In this document: in pieces, positions 18,549 through 28,404 of the stretch
Layout: every line of letters begins with the position of its first letter
How positions within the stretch are numbered: the first letter of the stretch is position 1
Assembly: GCA_038060895.1 (NCBI GenBank)
Contig: JBBTCT010000007.1
Span: 196,023 to 260,022, forward strand
Source: Planctomycetota bacterium
Lineage (GTDB): Bacteria > Planctomycetota > MHYJ01 > WSZJ01
Direction of reading: 5' to 3'
DNA: 64,000 nt
Notes under the pieces: generated by a model
What the model was told of the DNA's origin: nothing
Seen by the model: the letters and a program-made list of their open reading frames with translations, nothing else
Database searches by the model: none
Made by a program: the position numbers and the translations under genes

Positions 18549-19645
18549 TGAAGTGGTCCTTCCGGATCGCCCGGATCGCGGGGATTGACGTGCGGATTCA
18601 TGCGACGTTTTTCCTGCTGCTCGTGTGGATCGCATACATGTCCTGGTCCGAGCGGAAGTCGCTGGCCGAGACCGGCGACGTGGCGCTGTTCACAGGCGTC
18701 ACGTTTCTGATCATCGTCCTGCACGAGTTCGGGCATGCGCTCACGGCGCGAGCATTCGGGATCCGGACGCGCGACATCACGCTGCTGCCGATCGGCGGGC
18801 TCGCGCGGCTGGAGCGGATGCCGGACAAGCCGTGGCAGGAGTTCCTGGTGGCGATCGCCGGACCGGCCGTGAACGTGGCGATCTGCGCCGCGGCGTTCGC
18901 GGCGCTGGCCGCCACCGGCCGGACGAGCAGCCTCTTCAATGGCGATCCGTTTCGCTCCGGATGGCTCGTCTGGCTTGTCTGGTCCAACGCCTTCCTGGCC
19001 GGCTTCAATATGCTGCCCGCCTTCCCGATGGACGGCGGCCGCGTCCTCCGCGCCCTCCTGGCGATGCAGTTCGATCACGCCTTCGCGACCGCGATCGCCG
19101 CCCGGCTCGGGCAGGCCGTCGCGCTTTTCTTCGTGATCCTCGGCCTCGCCACGTCCCCGATGTTCGCGCTCATCGGCCTCTTCGTCTGGATCGGCGCAGG
19201 CGAAGAAAACAGACAGGTCCAGTTCCGTGCGGCCCTCGCAGGCATCCCGGTTGCCCAGGCGATGGCCACGGAAATCCGGACCCTCGCTCCTTCCGACCCC
19301 CTCGAGAAGGCCGCCCTTTACCTGACCCGCACCACCCAGACCGAATTCCCCGTGGTCGACGGCGACCGCGTCGTCGGCCTCCTCACGCGCCCCGCGCTTC
19401 TAAAGGTGATCGGAAGCGGCGGCCCCGCGGCGCAGGTTCTTACCGCGATGTCCACCGACTTCGCCGTGCTCTCCCCAACCGACGCGCTCGACCACGCCTT
19501 CGTCACCCTGCAGTCGTCCTCCATTCACGCCGCCGCCGTCGTCCACGAGGGAAAACTCGTCGGGCTCCTCACCCTCGAGGAAATCGGAGAGCTTGCGGCC
19601 CTGCTGGATGCCCTGAAGCGTGGCCACCAGCCGCCGCGGACGTAA
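18548..19645 (+). CDS. Site-2 protease (M50) with CBS domains
   Basis: HEFGH, AGPAVN, FNMLPAFPMDGGR, C-terminal CBS pair; start MKWSF overlaps OsmC stop. Confidence 0.93.
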   Translation: MKWSFRIARIAGIDVRIHATFFLLLVWIAYMSWSERKSLAETGDVALFTGVTFLIIVLHEFGHALTARAFGIRTRDITLLPIGGLARLERMPDKPWQEFLVAIAGPAVNVAICAAAFAALAATGRTSSLFNGDPFRSGWLVWLVWSNAFLAGFNMLPAFPMDGGRVLRALLAMQFDHAFATAIAARLGQAVALFFVILGLATSPMFALIGLFVWIGAGEENRQVQFRAALAGIPVAQAMATEIRTLAPSDPLEKAALYLTRTTQTEFPVVDGDRVVGLLTRPALLKVIGSGGPAAQVLTAMSTDFAVLSPTDALDHAFVTLQSSSIHAAAVVHEGKLVGLLTLEEIGELAALLDALKRGHQPPRT

Positions 19646-19654
19646 GATCCCGGA

Positions 19655-20248
19655 GTGGAACTCTTCCGCCTCATCGACCTCTTCGGCGTCTCCGTCTTCG
19701 CCGTCTCCGGCGCGCTCAAGGCGCGCGAGAAGCAGCTCGATCCGGTCGGGTTCGTGACGCTCGGGGTCGTGACGGCGACGGGGGGCGGCGTGATGCGCGA
19801 CGCAATCCTGGGGCGGGTGCCGCCGTTCGTGTTCCAGGACTCGTGGATCCTCGGCGTCGCGATCGCCGTGTCGCTCGCGGCATTTTTCGTGAAGCTGCCC
19901 GCGAGGGGGCTCGAGTATTTCGACGCGATCGGGCTCGGCTTCTACACGGCGATGGGAGCGCAACTTGCCGCGGACAAGGGCCTTCCCGCGGTACCCGCGA
20001 TTCTCGTCGGCGTCACCGCAGCCTGCGGCGGCGGCGTCATCCGCGAGGTGCTGGTGAACGACCTGCCGTTCATTTTCCGCGGCACCCTGTACGCGACCGC
20101 CAGCATCGCCGGGGCGGCTGCACTTCTCGCCGCGCGCCGTTTCGGCGCCCCCACGCCCCTGGCGCTCAGCCTCGGCTTCGCCGTCACCGCGGGAATCCGC
20201 ACGCTCGCCATCCGCAAGCACCTCTCGCTTCCCACCCCCTCCGAGTAA
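19655..20248 (+). CDS. TRIC / UPF0126 (YadS-like) membrane protein
   Basis: FAVSGA, TATGGGVMRD, DAIGLG, GGGVIRE. Confidence 0.9.
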   Translation: MELFRLIDLFGVSVFAVSGALKAREKQLDPVGFVTLGVVTATGGGVMRDAILGRVPPFVFQDSWILGVAIAVSLAAFFVKLPARGLEYFDAIGLGFYTAMGAQLAADKGLPAVPAILVGVTAACGGGVIREVLVNDLPFIFRGTLYATASIAGAAALLAARRFGAPTPLALSLGFAVTAGIRTLAIRKHLSLPTPSE

Positions 20249-20258
20249 CAGGAGCCCC

Positions 20259-21353
20259 ATGAAAACCAAGCCCGCCCGATGGGTCTGCGTCGGAAGCGCC
20301 GACAAGCTGAAGCACAAGCCGCTTCAGCAGATCCTCGCCGGCAAAGTTCCGATCGCCCTCTCGTGCCGCGACGGTCAATTCGGCGCGATATCCGGCGTCT
20401 GCACGCACGCCGGCGGGCCGCTCGGGGACGGACACCTCGACAAGTCGGGATACGTGGTCTGTCCGTGGCACAACTGGGACTTCGAGTGCCAGACCGGAAT
20501 GGCCCGCCCGGGATTCAAGGACACGGTGCCGGGCCACGACGTCAAGATCGAGGGAGGCGACGTGTGGGTGAACATTGAGCCGGCGACGAAGCGAGTGAAG
20601 TCGGCGCACAAGCCGCACGCGCTGACCCGCGCCATCTGCCGCGAGCCGGGGCCGCTTCGCGTCGCGGGGATCTCGACGACCGCGATGAACGCGGATCACC
20701 CTCGTTTTTCGACCTCCGAGAATCTGCTGGTGGCGGCGCTGGACCACGCGAAATCGAAGGGAGCGGAGTCGAAGCTGCTCAGGATGAACGACCTCAAGGT
20801 CCGCGCGTGCGAGGGGTACTACTCGAAGGCCGCCGGCGCCTGCACGTGGCCGTGCACGATTACTCAGCAGGACGACAAGGACGAAATGACGGAGATCTAC
20901 GAGGCGCTCGTCTTCTGGGCCGACGTCGTTCTCGTCTCGACGTCCATCCGCTGGGGCGCTCCTTCGTCCCTCTATTTCAAGATGGTCGAGCGCCTGAACT
21001 GCGTGCAGAACCAGGTCACGCTCAACGACAAGGTGCTCATCCGCAACAAGACGGCCGCCTTCCTCATCACCGGCGGCCAGGACAACGTCCAGGCCGTCGC
21101 CGGCCAGATGATGATGTTCTTCGGCGAGATCGGCTTCACGTTCCCGCAGTTCCCGTTCGTCGCGCACTCGCGCGGATGGACCGCCGAGGACATGGAAAAC
21201 AACGTCGCGTACGTGAAAGAGGATGAAGGGCTTCGGGACGGAGCCCGGGCGCTGACGGACCGGTGCCTGGCGATGGCGAAAGGGCTCATCTCGTGCGGTG
21301 AAGTTGCGGCAAAGATCCCGCGGGGCGGGCGGAAGGCTTGCCGCACGAAATAG
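20259..21353 (+). CDS. Rieske [2Fe-2S] domain fused to NAD(P)H-dependent FMN reductase / flavodoxin-like domain
   Basis: CTHAGGPL...CPWH Rieske motif; C-terminal ADVVLVSTSIRWG, MVERL, NKTAAFLITGG. Confidence 0.85.
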   Translation: MKTKPARWVCVGSADKLKHKPLQQILAGKVPIALSCRDGQFGAISGVCTHAGGPLGDGHLDKSGYVVCPWHNWDFECQTGMARPGFKDTVPGHDVKIEGGDVWVNIEPATKRVKSAHKPHALTRAICREPGPLRVAGISTTAMNADHPRFSTSENLLVAALDHAKSKGAESKLLRMNDLKVRACEGYYSKAAGACTWPCTITQQDDKDEMTEIYEALVFWADVVLVSTSIRWGAPSSLYFKMVERLNCVQNQVTLNDKVLIRNKTAAFLITGGQDNVQAVAGQMMMFFGEIGFTFPQFPFVAHSRGWTAEDMENNVAYVKEDEGLRDGARALTDRCLAMAKGLISCGEVAAKIPRGGRKACRTK

Positions 21354-21374
21354 CCAAGGCTGGTTCGCGGTGCC

Positions 21375-22025
21375 CTACTTCAGGGCCCGCCACGCCGGGC
21401 CGAGCATCCGCCACCCCGAGCCGTCGTAGAAGAACATGTGGAACTTCATCCCGGAGTCTTCCCCGGGTGCGACGAATTCCACCTCGTAGAACTTGACCCC
21501 GGGCCGCAATACCTGCTCCGCGAGCTTCTTCGCGCCTCCCGGGAACTCCTTGAACGGCACGCTGCCGTTCGCGTACGCGGCGATTTCCTCGGTCGTCGCG
21601 CCGTGGGCCTGGATCTCCGTCCGGTCCGCGCCGCCCCGCTTGAACAACCCGGCGACCTGCGCGTCGTCCGTGGGTATCGACTCACTCTGCTTGACGCACT
21701 CGTCGATAAACCCGGCCGGCGCATCGTCCTTCACGGCCTTCGACAAGGCCGCCTTGCCGGGCAGGATGCCGCGGATCAGCGCCGCCGCCTTCTTGTGATC
21801 CCCGCCCTCCGAGCTCTTCATGATCGTGTCCAGCAGCCCCTTGAGGTTGTCGGCGCTGTCGTTCTGCGCGTACAGCGACGGCGTCGAGCTTTCCCCGCTG
21901 CCGGATGATCCTCCGCCCGACGAGCTGCTGCCCGACGAACCGCCGCTTCCTGAATCCCCGGACTTTCCACACCCCGCCAGGCTCACGAGCGCGCAAAGGA
22001 ACAGCAGGGTCGACGTGCGGATCAT
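21375..22025 (-). CDS. Hypothetical lipoprotein
   Basis: MIRTSTLLFLCALVSLAGC lipobox followed by Gly/Ser linker. Confidence 0.75.
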   Translation of the reverse strand: MIRTSTLLFLCALVSLAGCGKSGDSGSGGSSGSSSSGGGSSGSGESSTPSLYAQNDSADNLKGLLDTIMKSSEGGDHKKAAALIRGILPGKAALSKAVKDDAPAGFIDECVKQSESIPTDDAQVAGLFKRGGADRTEIQAHGATTEEIAAYANGSVPFKEFPGGAKKLAEQVLRPGVKFYEVEFVAPGEDSGMKFHMFFYDGSGWRMLGPAWRALK

Positions 22026-22071
22026 GCGGGCCTCCCTTGAGTGGTTGTCGTCATCATGGACACGCCGAACC

Positions 22072-23505
22072 TCATTCCGCCAGCGACCCCATCGGATCCC
22101 ACGCGGGCAGCACGATCGGCTCGAGGCCGAGCGCCCTCTGGAGGTTCTTCGGCAGCGCGCTCTTGCGCGCGGCAATCTCGAACATGTGCTCGTCGAACCA
22201 GTTGTCGTTCATCACGAAGTACCCCTTGCGGCCGCATTTCTCCTCGCCCCAGCTGTTCTCCACGCGCCACCGGCGAGGCTTGCCGTTCTCGACGTCGACG
22301 CCCGTGAAGAGCATCGCGTGATTCATCGCCGTCTGGTGATAGAGCAGCCGGTCGGCCTTGCTCATGGTGAACTCGGTGTCGTACAGGGCGTCGTAGCGGA
22401 AGAGCTGTTTGTCCCAGATCCCCAGGTCGCGCTTCAACATCTTGCCGCAGTCGCACCCCATCCAGACCGGCTCGCCCTTCATGATCGTCTTCATCGCGAT
22501 CTCCTTCATCAGGCCGATCTCGATGTTGAGGTACTTCACGATGCCGCCCTCGAGGACGTTTCCGAGGTGCTCGACCGTGAACGTCCGGTTGAACGGGCTC
22601 GCCGGGCGCGGGTCGTGGACGAGGCAGACGTACTCGTCGACGGGCAGCGTGATGTACTTCTTCGCAAACTGCTGCGGCGTGATCGCGCCGTCGCGATGGA
22701 TCTTTTTCTTGCGGTCGTTCCACTGCCAGTTGAAGCGCGCCGGCGGCGTTCCGAGGTGGATGCAGAGGATCCGATGAACGGTTTTCAGAATCTCGCGCTT
22801 CGACTGCCGCAGCGACTGGGTGGATGAGCCGCCCGCGCTGAGATCGCGCAGGGTCCGGGCGCCTTCGCGCAATTTCGTAACGAGCATGCTGTTCATGCGG
22901 CCCGAATTTGAAGAGCTCTCGGTCTCGGGCATCACGGCTTTCGGCACGACGCCGTACTTCTGCACGATGTTGACGAACATGTTCCACTGCCCGCCGTCTC
23001 CGAGCACCGTGTCCATCAGGCACGCGACGTTGCGGTCGTCCACGCCCAGGTGCGCCGTCTCGATGACTTTTTCGAGGAAGTAGTTCGCCCGCTCCAGCTT
23101 GTCCCAGAAAAACGTGTAGTTCTGGCTGAATTCGAACGAGTCGAGCTTCATCTTTTTCATGGCGCCGACGCGGAACAGGTTCAGCCCGGCGAACATCCAG
23201 CAGCGCCCTGAATTCTTCTGGGCGGTGACGGACCACTCGTCGAGCCAGTGCGAGAACGTGAAGTCGGTGCCGGTCACCACGGCGCGGTTCAGCGCGATGT
23301 CGTCGGCGGCTGTCTGGGTCACGGCGTTCAGGGCGACCTGGTAGGCGGGATTGGCGTCGAAGGCCATCTGCAGTTCGGCGGCGGCCTGGGCCGTCAGCTC
23401 GGCGGGAGAAGCGGCGCCTGCGCGGGAAGCCGGAGGGTCGGACTGGCGGCGCAGGGCGTTGCCGTTGGACCTGGTTTTCCTGCCGGACGCGGTCGCTTGC
23501 AGCAT
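22072..23505 (-). CDS. pepC: Aminopeptidase C / bleomycin hydrolase (peptidase C1B)
   Basis: QKNSGRCWMFA, DGGQW, HAM, VENSWG, C-terminal WDPMGSLA. Confidence 0.95.
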   Translation of the reverse strand: MLQATASGRKTRSNGNALRRQSDPPASRAGAASPAELTAQAAAELQMAFDANPAYQVALNAVTQTAADDIALNRAVVTGTDFTFSHWLDEWSVTAQKNSGRCWMFAGLNLFRVGAMKKMKLDSFEFSQNYTFFWDKLERANYFLEKVIETAHLGVDDRNVACLMDTVLGDGGQWNMFVNIVQKYGVVPKAVMPETESSSNSGRMNSMLVTKLREGARTLRDLSAGGSSTQSLRQSKREILKTVHRILCIHLGTPPARFNWQWNDRKKKIHRDGAITPQQFAKKYITLPVDEYVCLVHDPRPASPFNRTFTVEHLGNVLEGGIVKYLNIEIGLMKEIAMKTIMKGEPVWMGCDCGKMLKRDLGIWDKQLFRYDALYDTEFTMSKADRLLYHQTAMNHAMLFTGVDVENGKPRRWRVENSWGEEKCGRKGYFVMNDNWFDEHMFEIAARKSALPKNLQRALGLEPIVLPAWDPMGSLAE

Positions 23506-23675
23506 GGGAGAGTCCCTCGGGTAGGGTCCAGGAAAGTCCCGCGCGGCCGATCCTCGGCCCGCGGGGGTGCGGACGATTCGAGAACGGCCATCTTATCCCT
23601 GCACCACCCCGGGGACAATCACCTCCGCCGTCCCGACGCGACACCGGGACCGGGAGTCGAGTTATCATGCCGGCC

Positions 23676-24566
23676 ATGACCACCCATCGACTCGCACGCT
23701 TGTTCCTCATTCTCATGGCAACGCTCTCTTCAGCCCCTGCCCGCGCCCAGGAGGCGCCCGACCGTGAGCAGCTCGAGCTGCAGGTGAAGCAACTCGCCGA
23801 CGAGGATCCCGCGAAGCGCGATCAGGCGGAATCGGCCCTCGAGAAGGCGGGGGACCTTGCGGAAGCTCCTCTCCGGGCCGCCCTGGCGGGTGAAGCGGGT
23901 CGCGGCGCGGAGGCGACAGCCCGGGCGAAGCGGCTGCTCGCCCGGATCGATGCGCGGAGGCGTTCCCGAAAACTCGCCGCGAGGTGGGGCACTCGCTGGT
24001 TCAAGATTGGCAAGGGCGAGGAAACGATCGGCGTGCTTCGCCTTGAAACCCGGATCGAGAATGAAGAGATCGTCTGCGATGACACTTACGAGTACTTCGG
24101 CAATCCTGGAAACCGCGTCGTCACGCGCCTCGCGGGCGACGGCACGATGGCTTTCAGGTCCTTCGAGGTGACGGAGGGGGACGACAAGGAGGCGAAGGTC
24201 ACGAAGTTCGACGCGAAACTCCACGGGGCGGACGCCATGGCGGGGGGATTCGCGGCCATGCGCTTTGCCGCCATGCTTCCCATGGAAGCCGGGTTCGAGC
24301 ACGCCGCGCCGTTTATCAGCCCCTGGAGCTCTTCCCTGAAAATTTCGTCGACGATCACGTGCGTCGGGGAACGCGACGGCGCCATCCTGTTCCGCAGCAC
24401 GACGCAATCGGCCGAATTCACAGGCACGACAGAATTCAGGATGGACGCGGACGGCGTGATGCTGTCCTACCGGTCCTTGCCGACTCCCGACGGAGAGGAA
24501 TCAGCACGGGGGGAGCCCTGCACGGAAAAAGAAGCCGCCGCCGCGCGGGCTGCGGCCGAGAAGTAG
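23676..24566 (+). CDS. Secreted hypothetical protein with N-terminal HEAT-like segment
   Basis: Signal peptide ending APARA; QLADEDPAKRDQAESALEKAG. Confidence 0.65.
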   Translation: MTTHRLARLFLILMATLSSAPARAQEAPDREQLELQVKQLADEDPAKRDQAESALEKAGDLAEAPLRAALAGEAGRGAEATARAKRLLARIDARRRSRKLAARWGTRWFKIGKGEETIGVLRLETRIENEEIVCDDTYEYFGNPGNRVVTRLAGDGTMAFRSFEVTEGDDKEAKVTKFDAKLHGADAMAGGFAAMRFAAMLPMEAGFEHAAPFISPWSSSLKISSTITCVGERDGAILFRSTTQSAEFTGTTEFRMDADGVMLSYRSLPTPDGEESARGEPCTEKEAAAARAAAEK

Positions 24567-24672
24567 GGACCTGGGCCGCGGCCCTTCACCAGGCGCCGGA
24601 TGAAGCGGCTGTCGTCCACCCCCTCGCCGCGATCTCCTCTCTAGCACCAGAGAACGGCTCACAGCCCGCGCT

Positions 24673-24930
24673 TCAATCCCCCTCGCTATCCTCGAACGGC
24701 CGCACTCGCGCCTTCAGGCACGCTTCGCGCATCGCATTGTCCAGGTAAGAGAGAGAAGCCCTGTCGTGCAGGGCTCGAAGAATCCGCGCGCCCCGGATTC
24801 CCTCCCCGCGCCGATCGCCGATTTCGCGATGGATGGAGAGGGCCCGCTCCCAGGTCCGTTCCGCCTCCTCGTGGCGCCCCGTCTGCAGGTACACATTTGC
24901 CAGGTTGCTCAGGACGGATGCTTCGATTCC
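24673..24930 (-). pseudogene. TPR gene remnant
   Basis: Single TPR unit GIEASVLSNLANVYLQTGRHEEAERTWERALSIHREIGDRRGEG with no credible start. Confidence 0.5.
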
Positions 24931-24943
24931 GACGGACTGACGA

Positions 24944-25594
24944 TCAGGGCCGCGCGAAGCAGACGATCTCGTGCTTCTCGCGGTAGCTGGTCCAGAAGTC
25001 CTTGCCGTCGAACGCGAGACCGCGCGCCGGGAAGGGGATGCGCGCCAGGTCCGTCGTCGCTCCCGTCACGGGGTCGATGCGCGTGAGCAGGTATTCGTTC
25101 GACTCCTCGACGTCCGTGGAGACGACGTGGATCACGCCGTCCACAATCACCTGCCCGCAGATCTGGTGGGGCACGTCGTACGAGCGGAGGATCGTCCCGT
25201 CGGCCGCGAGCGCGAGGACCCGCTGCCGGTGCCACTGGTTGAGGTGGAGGTTCTTCCCGTCCCACCCGAGCTGCGAGCCTGAAGAAGCGGGGCACGTGAT
25301 GGCGAACGCCGGGTCGAACCCGGTCGCCGGGACGAATCTCCGGATGCTCCGGTCGTCGTCCTCGCCCTGGCCGCAGACGAGCCGCAGCTCCGGGCCGATG
25401 CACGTCAGCCCCCACGGCTTCCCCGGCGTCGGCCAGTCGCGCCGCACGGACCACGTCGCGCGATCGATCTCGTAGAGGCGCTCCGTCCCGAGCGAGCCCA
25501 TCCAGAGCGTCGGGCCGTCGAAGACGATGCACTGGGGTCGCGGGGCGGGGGAAGCGAGGCGGCGGAGTTCGGTGATCTGGTTCATGATCGCCAT
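24944..25594 (-). CDS. Small beta-propeller protein (glutaminyl cyclase-like)
   Basis: Repeated blades PQCIVFDGPTLW, PWGLTCIG, QLGWDGKNL, ARGLAFDGKDFW. Confidence 0.65.
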   Translation of the reverse strand: MAIMNQITELRRLASPAPRPQCIVFDGPTLWMGSLGTERLYEIDRATWSVRRDWPTPGKPWGLTCIGPELRLVCGQGEDDDRSIRRFVPATGFDPAFAITCPASSGSQLGWDGKNLHLNQWHRQRVLALAADGTILRSYDVPHQICGQVIVDGVIHVVSTDVEESNEYLLTRIDPVTGATTDLARIPFPARGLAFDGKDFWTSYREKHEIVCFARP

Positions 25595-25845
25595 GGTACT
25601 CGGACGGTTAACCAGCCTCGGACGAGTGACTATTCCGCGACAAGCGCGTATAGATGCGGATTGCTATTGAAGTGGCGTTCGAACTGAGAAACTAGCGTGG
25701 CGTCGTCAGGCACGAGGTAACCGTACTCATCAAGGGCGGCGTCTCCCGATCCGGGAGACTTTCCGCTGGCGAAACAGGCCCGATTCCACACGGCACTCGC
25801 CTCAGTTAGCTCCAGGACGACCTCCTCGCTGCTGCAGCGTCCCCC

Positions 25846-26919
25846 CTACAGCTTCCTCAACTCCTCGCTCATCACCCCGAGGCATTCCTTCAACTCCGGC
25901 ACCGTGCAGTCCGCCATGTGCGCGACGCGGAAAGCGTCCTGTTTCAACTTGCCGTAGCCTTCGCTGATGATGAAGCCGCGGTCGGCGACCTTCTTGACCC
26001 ACTTCACGATGTCGACTTTCTTCGTGTTGGCGGCGCAGGTCAGCGTCACGGACTCGAAGCCCTTGGGGGCGAACTTCTCGAAGCCGTGCTCGGCGATCCA
26101 GTTCCAGCAAGTGTCGCGGAGGTCCATGTGCCTCTTGAAGCGCGCGTCGAGGCCTTCCTTGAAGAACTTGTCGAGCTGGTGCTTGAGGCCGTAGATGAGA
26201 GAGACGTTGGGCGTGCAGGGGGTCATGTTCTTCTCGGCGAACGACTTCATCTCGACGAAATCGAAGTAGTAGCCGCGGTCGGGGAGCTGCTTGGCGCGGT
26301 CCATGGCTTTCTGCGAACAGGTGCAGATCGTGAGACCGGGCGGAAGGCCGAACGCCTTCTGCGTCCCGGCGAGGATGACGTCAATGCCGAGGCGGTCGAC
26401 GTCGATCTTCACGCCGGCCATCGAGCTCACCGCGTCGACGACAAAGACGACGTCGGGGTACTTCTTCATCATGTCGGCGATTTCCTCGATCGGGTTCATC
26501 GTCCCGGTCGAAGTTTCGTTGTGCACGAGCAGCACGCAGTCGTACTCCCCCGTCTTCAGATGCTTCTCGATCGTCTCCGCGCGAACCGCCTGGCCCCACT
26601 CGACCTGCGCCTTGGCCGTCTTCTTCCCGTTCTGGACTGCGATCTGGTACCAGCGGTCGCTGAACGCCCCCAGCATCCCGACCACGGCGCCCTTCTTCGC
26701 GCAGTTCCGGGCGGCCGCTTCCATCGCGCCGGTGGAACTGCACGTGAAGAGGAACACGTCGTTCTTCGTGGCGAGCATCTGTTTGAGCGGTGGGATGCAC
26801 GAGCCGTGGAGCTCGGCGTATTCGGCGACGCGGTGCCCGATCATCGGCGTCGCACAGGCATGAAGGGTGTCCGGCGCGACTTCGACGGGGCCGGGGATGA
26901 AGAGCTTCTTGTGTGCCAT
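25846..26919 (-). CDS. Class V PLP aminotransferase (alanine-glyoxylate / serine-pyruvate family)
   Basis: LFIPGPVEV, HNETSTG, VDAVSS, GTQKAFGLPPG. Confidence 0.93.
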   Translation of the reverse strand: MAHKKLFIPGPVEVAPDTLHACATPMIGHRVAEYAELHGSCIPPLKQMLATKNDVFLFTCSSTGAMEAAARNCAKKGAVVGMLGAFSDRWYQIAVQNGKKTAKAQVEWGQAVRAETIEKHLKTGEYDCVLLVHNETSTGTMNPIEEIADMMKKYPDVVFVVDAVSSMAGVKIDVDRLGIDVILAGTQKAFGLPPGLTICTCSQKAMDRAKQLPDRGYYFDFVEMKSFAEKNMTPCTPNVSLIYGLKHQLDKFFKEGLDARFKRHMDLRDTCWNWIAEHGFEKFAPKGFESVTLTCAANTKKVDIVKWVKKVADRGFIISEGYGKLKQDAFRVAHMADCTVPELKECLGVMSEELRKL

Positions 26920-26925
26920 GGTGGC

Positions 26926-28239
26926 CTACCTCGCGAAGGAGACGCGGTTCATGATAAATCCCGTGAGGAGCTTCGGGTAGAAGTCCGTGGACTTCTGCGG
27001 CATGCGCTCCCCTTTTTCGCTGATCACCTTGACTTCGGAGAGTCTGGTCGGATTCAGGAGGAAGGCGGCCTGGGCTTTGGGAAGCGCGGCCCAGACTTCG
27101 TCGGCGTGGCGCGCGTAGGAGACGTGCTGCTCCTTCTCGACCATTTCGGGCGTGATGCCGAGCGCGCGGTCGAGGAGCAGCGAGTGCAGGATCGCGACGT
27201 CGAGCTTCTTCCACTCGGGAGCGCGCTTCTCCTTGATCTCGGTCTCCGCCAGGTTCTCGTCCTTGAGCGTGAGGAGCCACAGCCCGCCCGCGGGGGTCGC
27301 GAAGCCAAAGCAGTGCTTCACCTGCCCCTCGATGCGCAGGTCCTCGACGAGCTCGCGGCGCTGGGCGTCGGACGCGGGGCCGTAGTCCTTCGCGTCGAAG
27401 TGCGGCGCTATTTTCTTGAGGAAGTCCTTCGCGTCGAAGTGGGCCAGGCCGCTGACGAGCCGGTGCGTCGGGAAGATCACCATTCCGGGATCTTCCATGT
27501 TGATGAACGTCATCATGCGGCGGTCGTACGTCTCTTCGCCGTCGCACTTGAGCCCCTGCTTCGCGCATTCCGCGCGGTACTGGAGCGCGACTTCGTACCG
27601 GTGATGCCCGTCCGCGATGAAGATGTCGCGCTTCGCGAGATCCGCCTGCACCGCCGCGATCGCCTTCGGGTCGGTCACGCGCCACGCGCGGTGCACTTCG
27701 CCGTAGTCGTCCTTCGCCTCGAGCGTCGGCGGCCCCTTTGTAAATGGGTCCAGCGCCGCGTTCGCCGCGTTCTTCGGGTCGCTGTACAGCATGAAAATGT
27801 GCCCTTCCGTCAGCCCGCGCGTCGCGTTCATCAGCGCGAAGCGGTCCTTCCTCGGCGCCGCGAGCGTCTTCTCGTGCGCGTGCACCCCGCCCTTGCCGAA
27901 TTCCGCCAGCTCGCCAATCGCGACGAACCCCTTGCGCGTCCGCGTCTCGCCGTTGAACTGGAACACCTGGTGCGAGATCCACACCGCCGGTTCGTTCTCG
28001 CGCACGATCGTCCCGTCCGCAAGCCACGCCTCCAGCGTCTTCCCCGCCTCGGCGTACTTGTCCTTCCCCGCCTCGTCCTTCGTCTTCGCGATCCGCACGA
28101 TGTGCTTCGGGTGCCGCGCGTAGTACTCCGACCGCTTCGCGTCGTTGATCTTGTCGTACGGCTGGCTCACCACGCTGTCGAGCGAGCCGACCTTGGCGAC
28201 GTCAAAGTGCAGGGCTCGGAACGGGAAGACGCGGGGCAT
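26926..28239 (-). CDS. DUF1015 family protein
   Basis: PYD, HEKTL, FIADGHHRYE, MPQKSTDFYPKLLTG. Confidence 0.92.
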   Translation of the reverse strand: MPRVFPFRALHFDVAKVGSLDSVVSQPYDKINDAKRSEYYARHPKHIVRIAKTKDEAGKDKYAEAGKTLEAWLADGTIVRENEPAVWISHQVFQFNGETRTRKGFVAIGELAEFGKGGVHAHEKTLAAPRKDRFALMNATRGLTEGHIFMLYSDPKNAANAALDPFTKGPPTLEAKDDYGEVHRAWRVTDPKAIAAVQADLAKRDIFIADGHHRYEVALQYRAECAKQGLKCDGEETYDRRMMTFINMEDPGMVIFPTHRLVSGLAHFDAKDFLKKIAPHFDAKDYGPASDAQRRELVEDLRIEGQVKHCFGFATPAGGLWLLTLKDENLAETEIKEKRAPEWKKLDVAILHSLLLDRALGITPEMVEKEQHVSYARHADEVWAALPKAQAAFLLNPTRLSEVKVISEKGERMPQKSTDFYPKLLTGFIMNRVSFAR

Positions 28240-28404
28240 CGGGGCTCCGGGGGATCTCGAGGAGGGGTGATTGTGTCGAAGGGGGCGGGGGTGTCAATGC
28301 GCGGATGAACCGCCCCGGCAGATCCGTGTCACTTCCACCGTCCCCCCGTTCGCCAGCCATCGGTCAACGGCATTCCCTCGCCCAGCGCGCCGAGCGGGTC
28401 GGGA

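Noticed and set aside
25918-28308. 796-aa plus-strand ORF
   Set aside because: Antisense to the aminotransferase and DUF1015 genes; no motifs.
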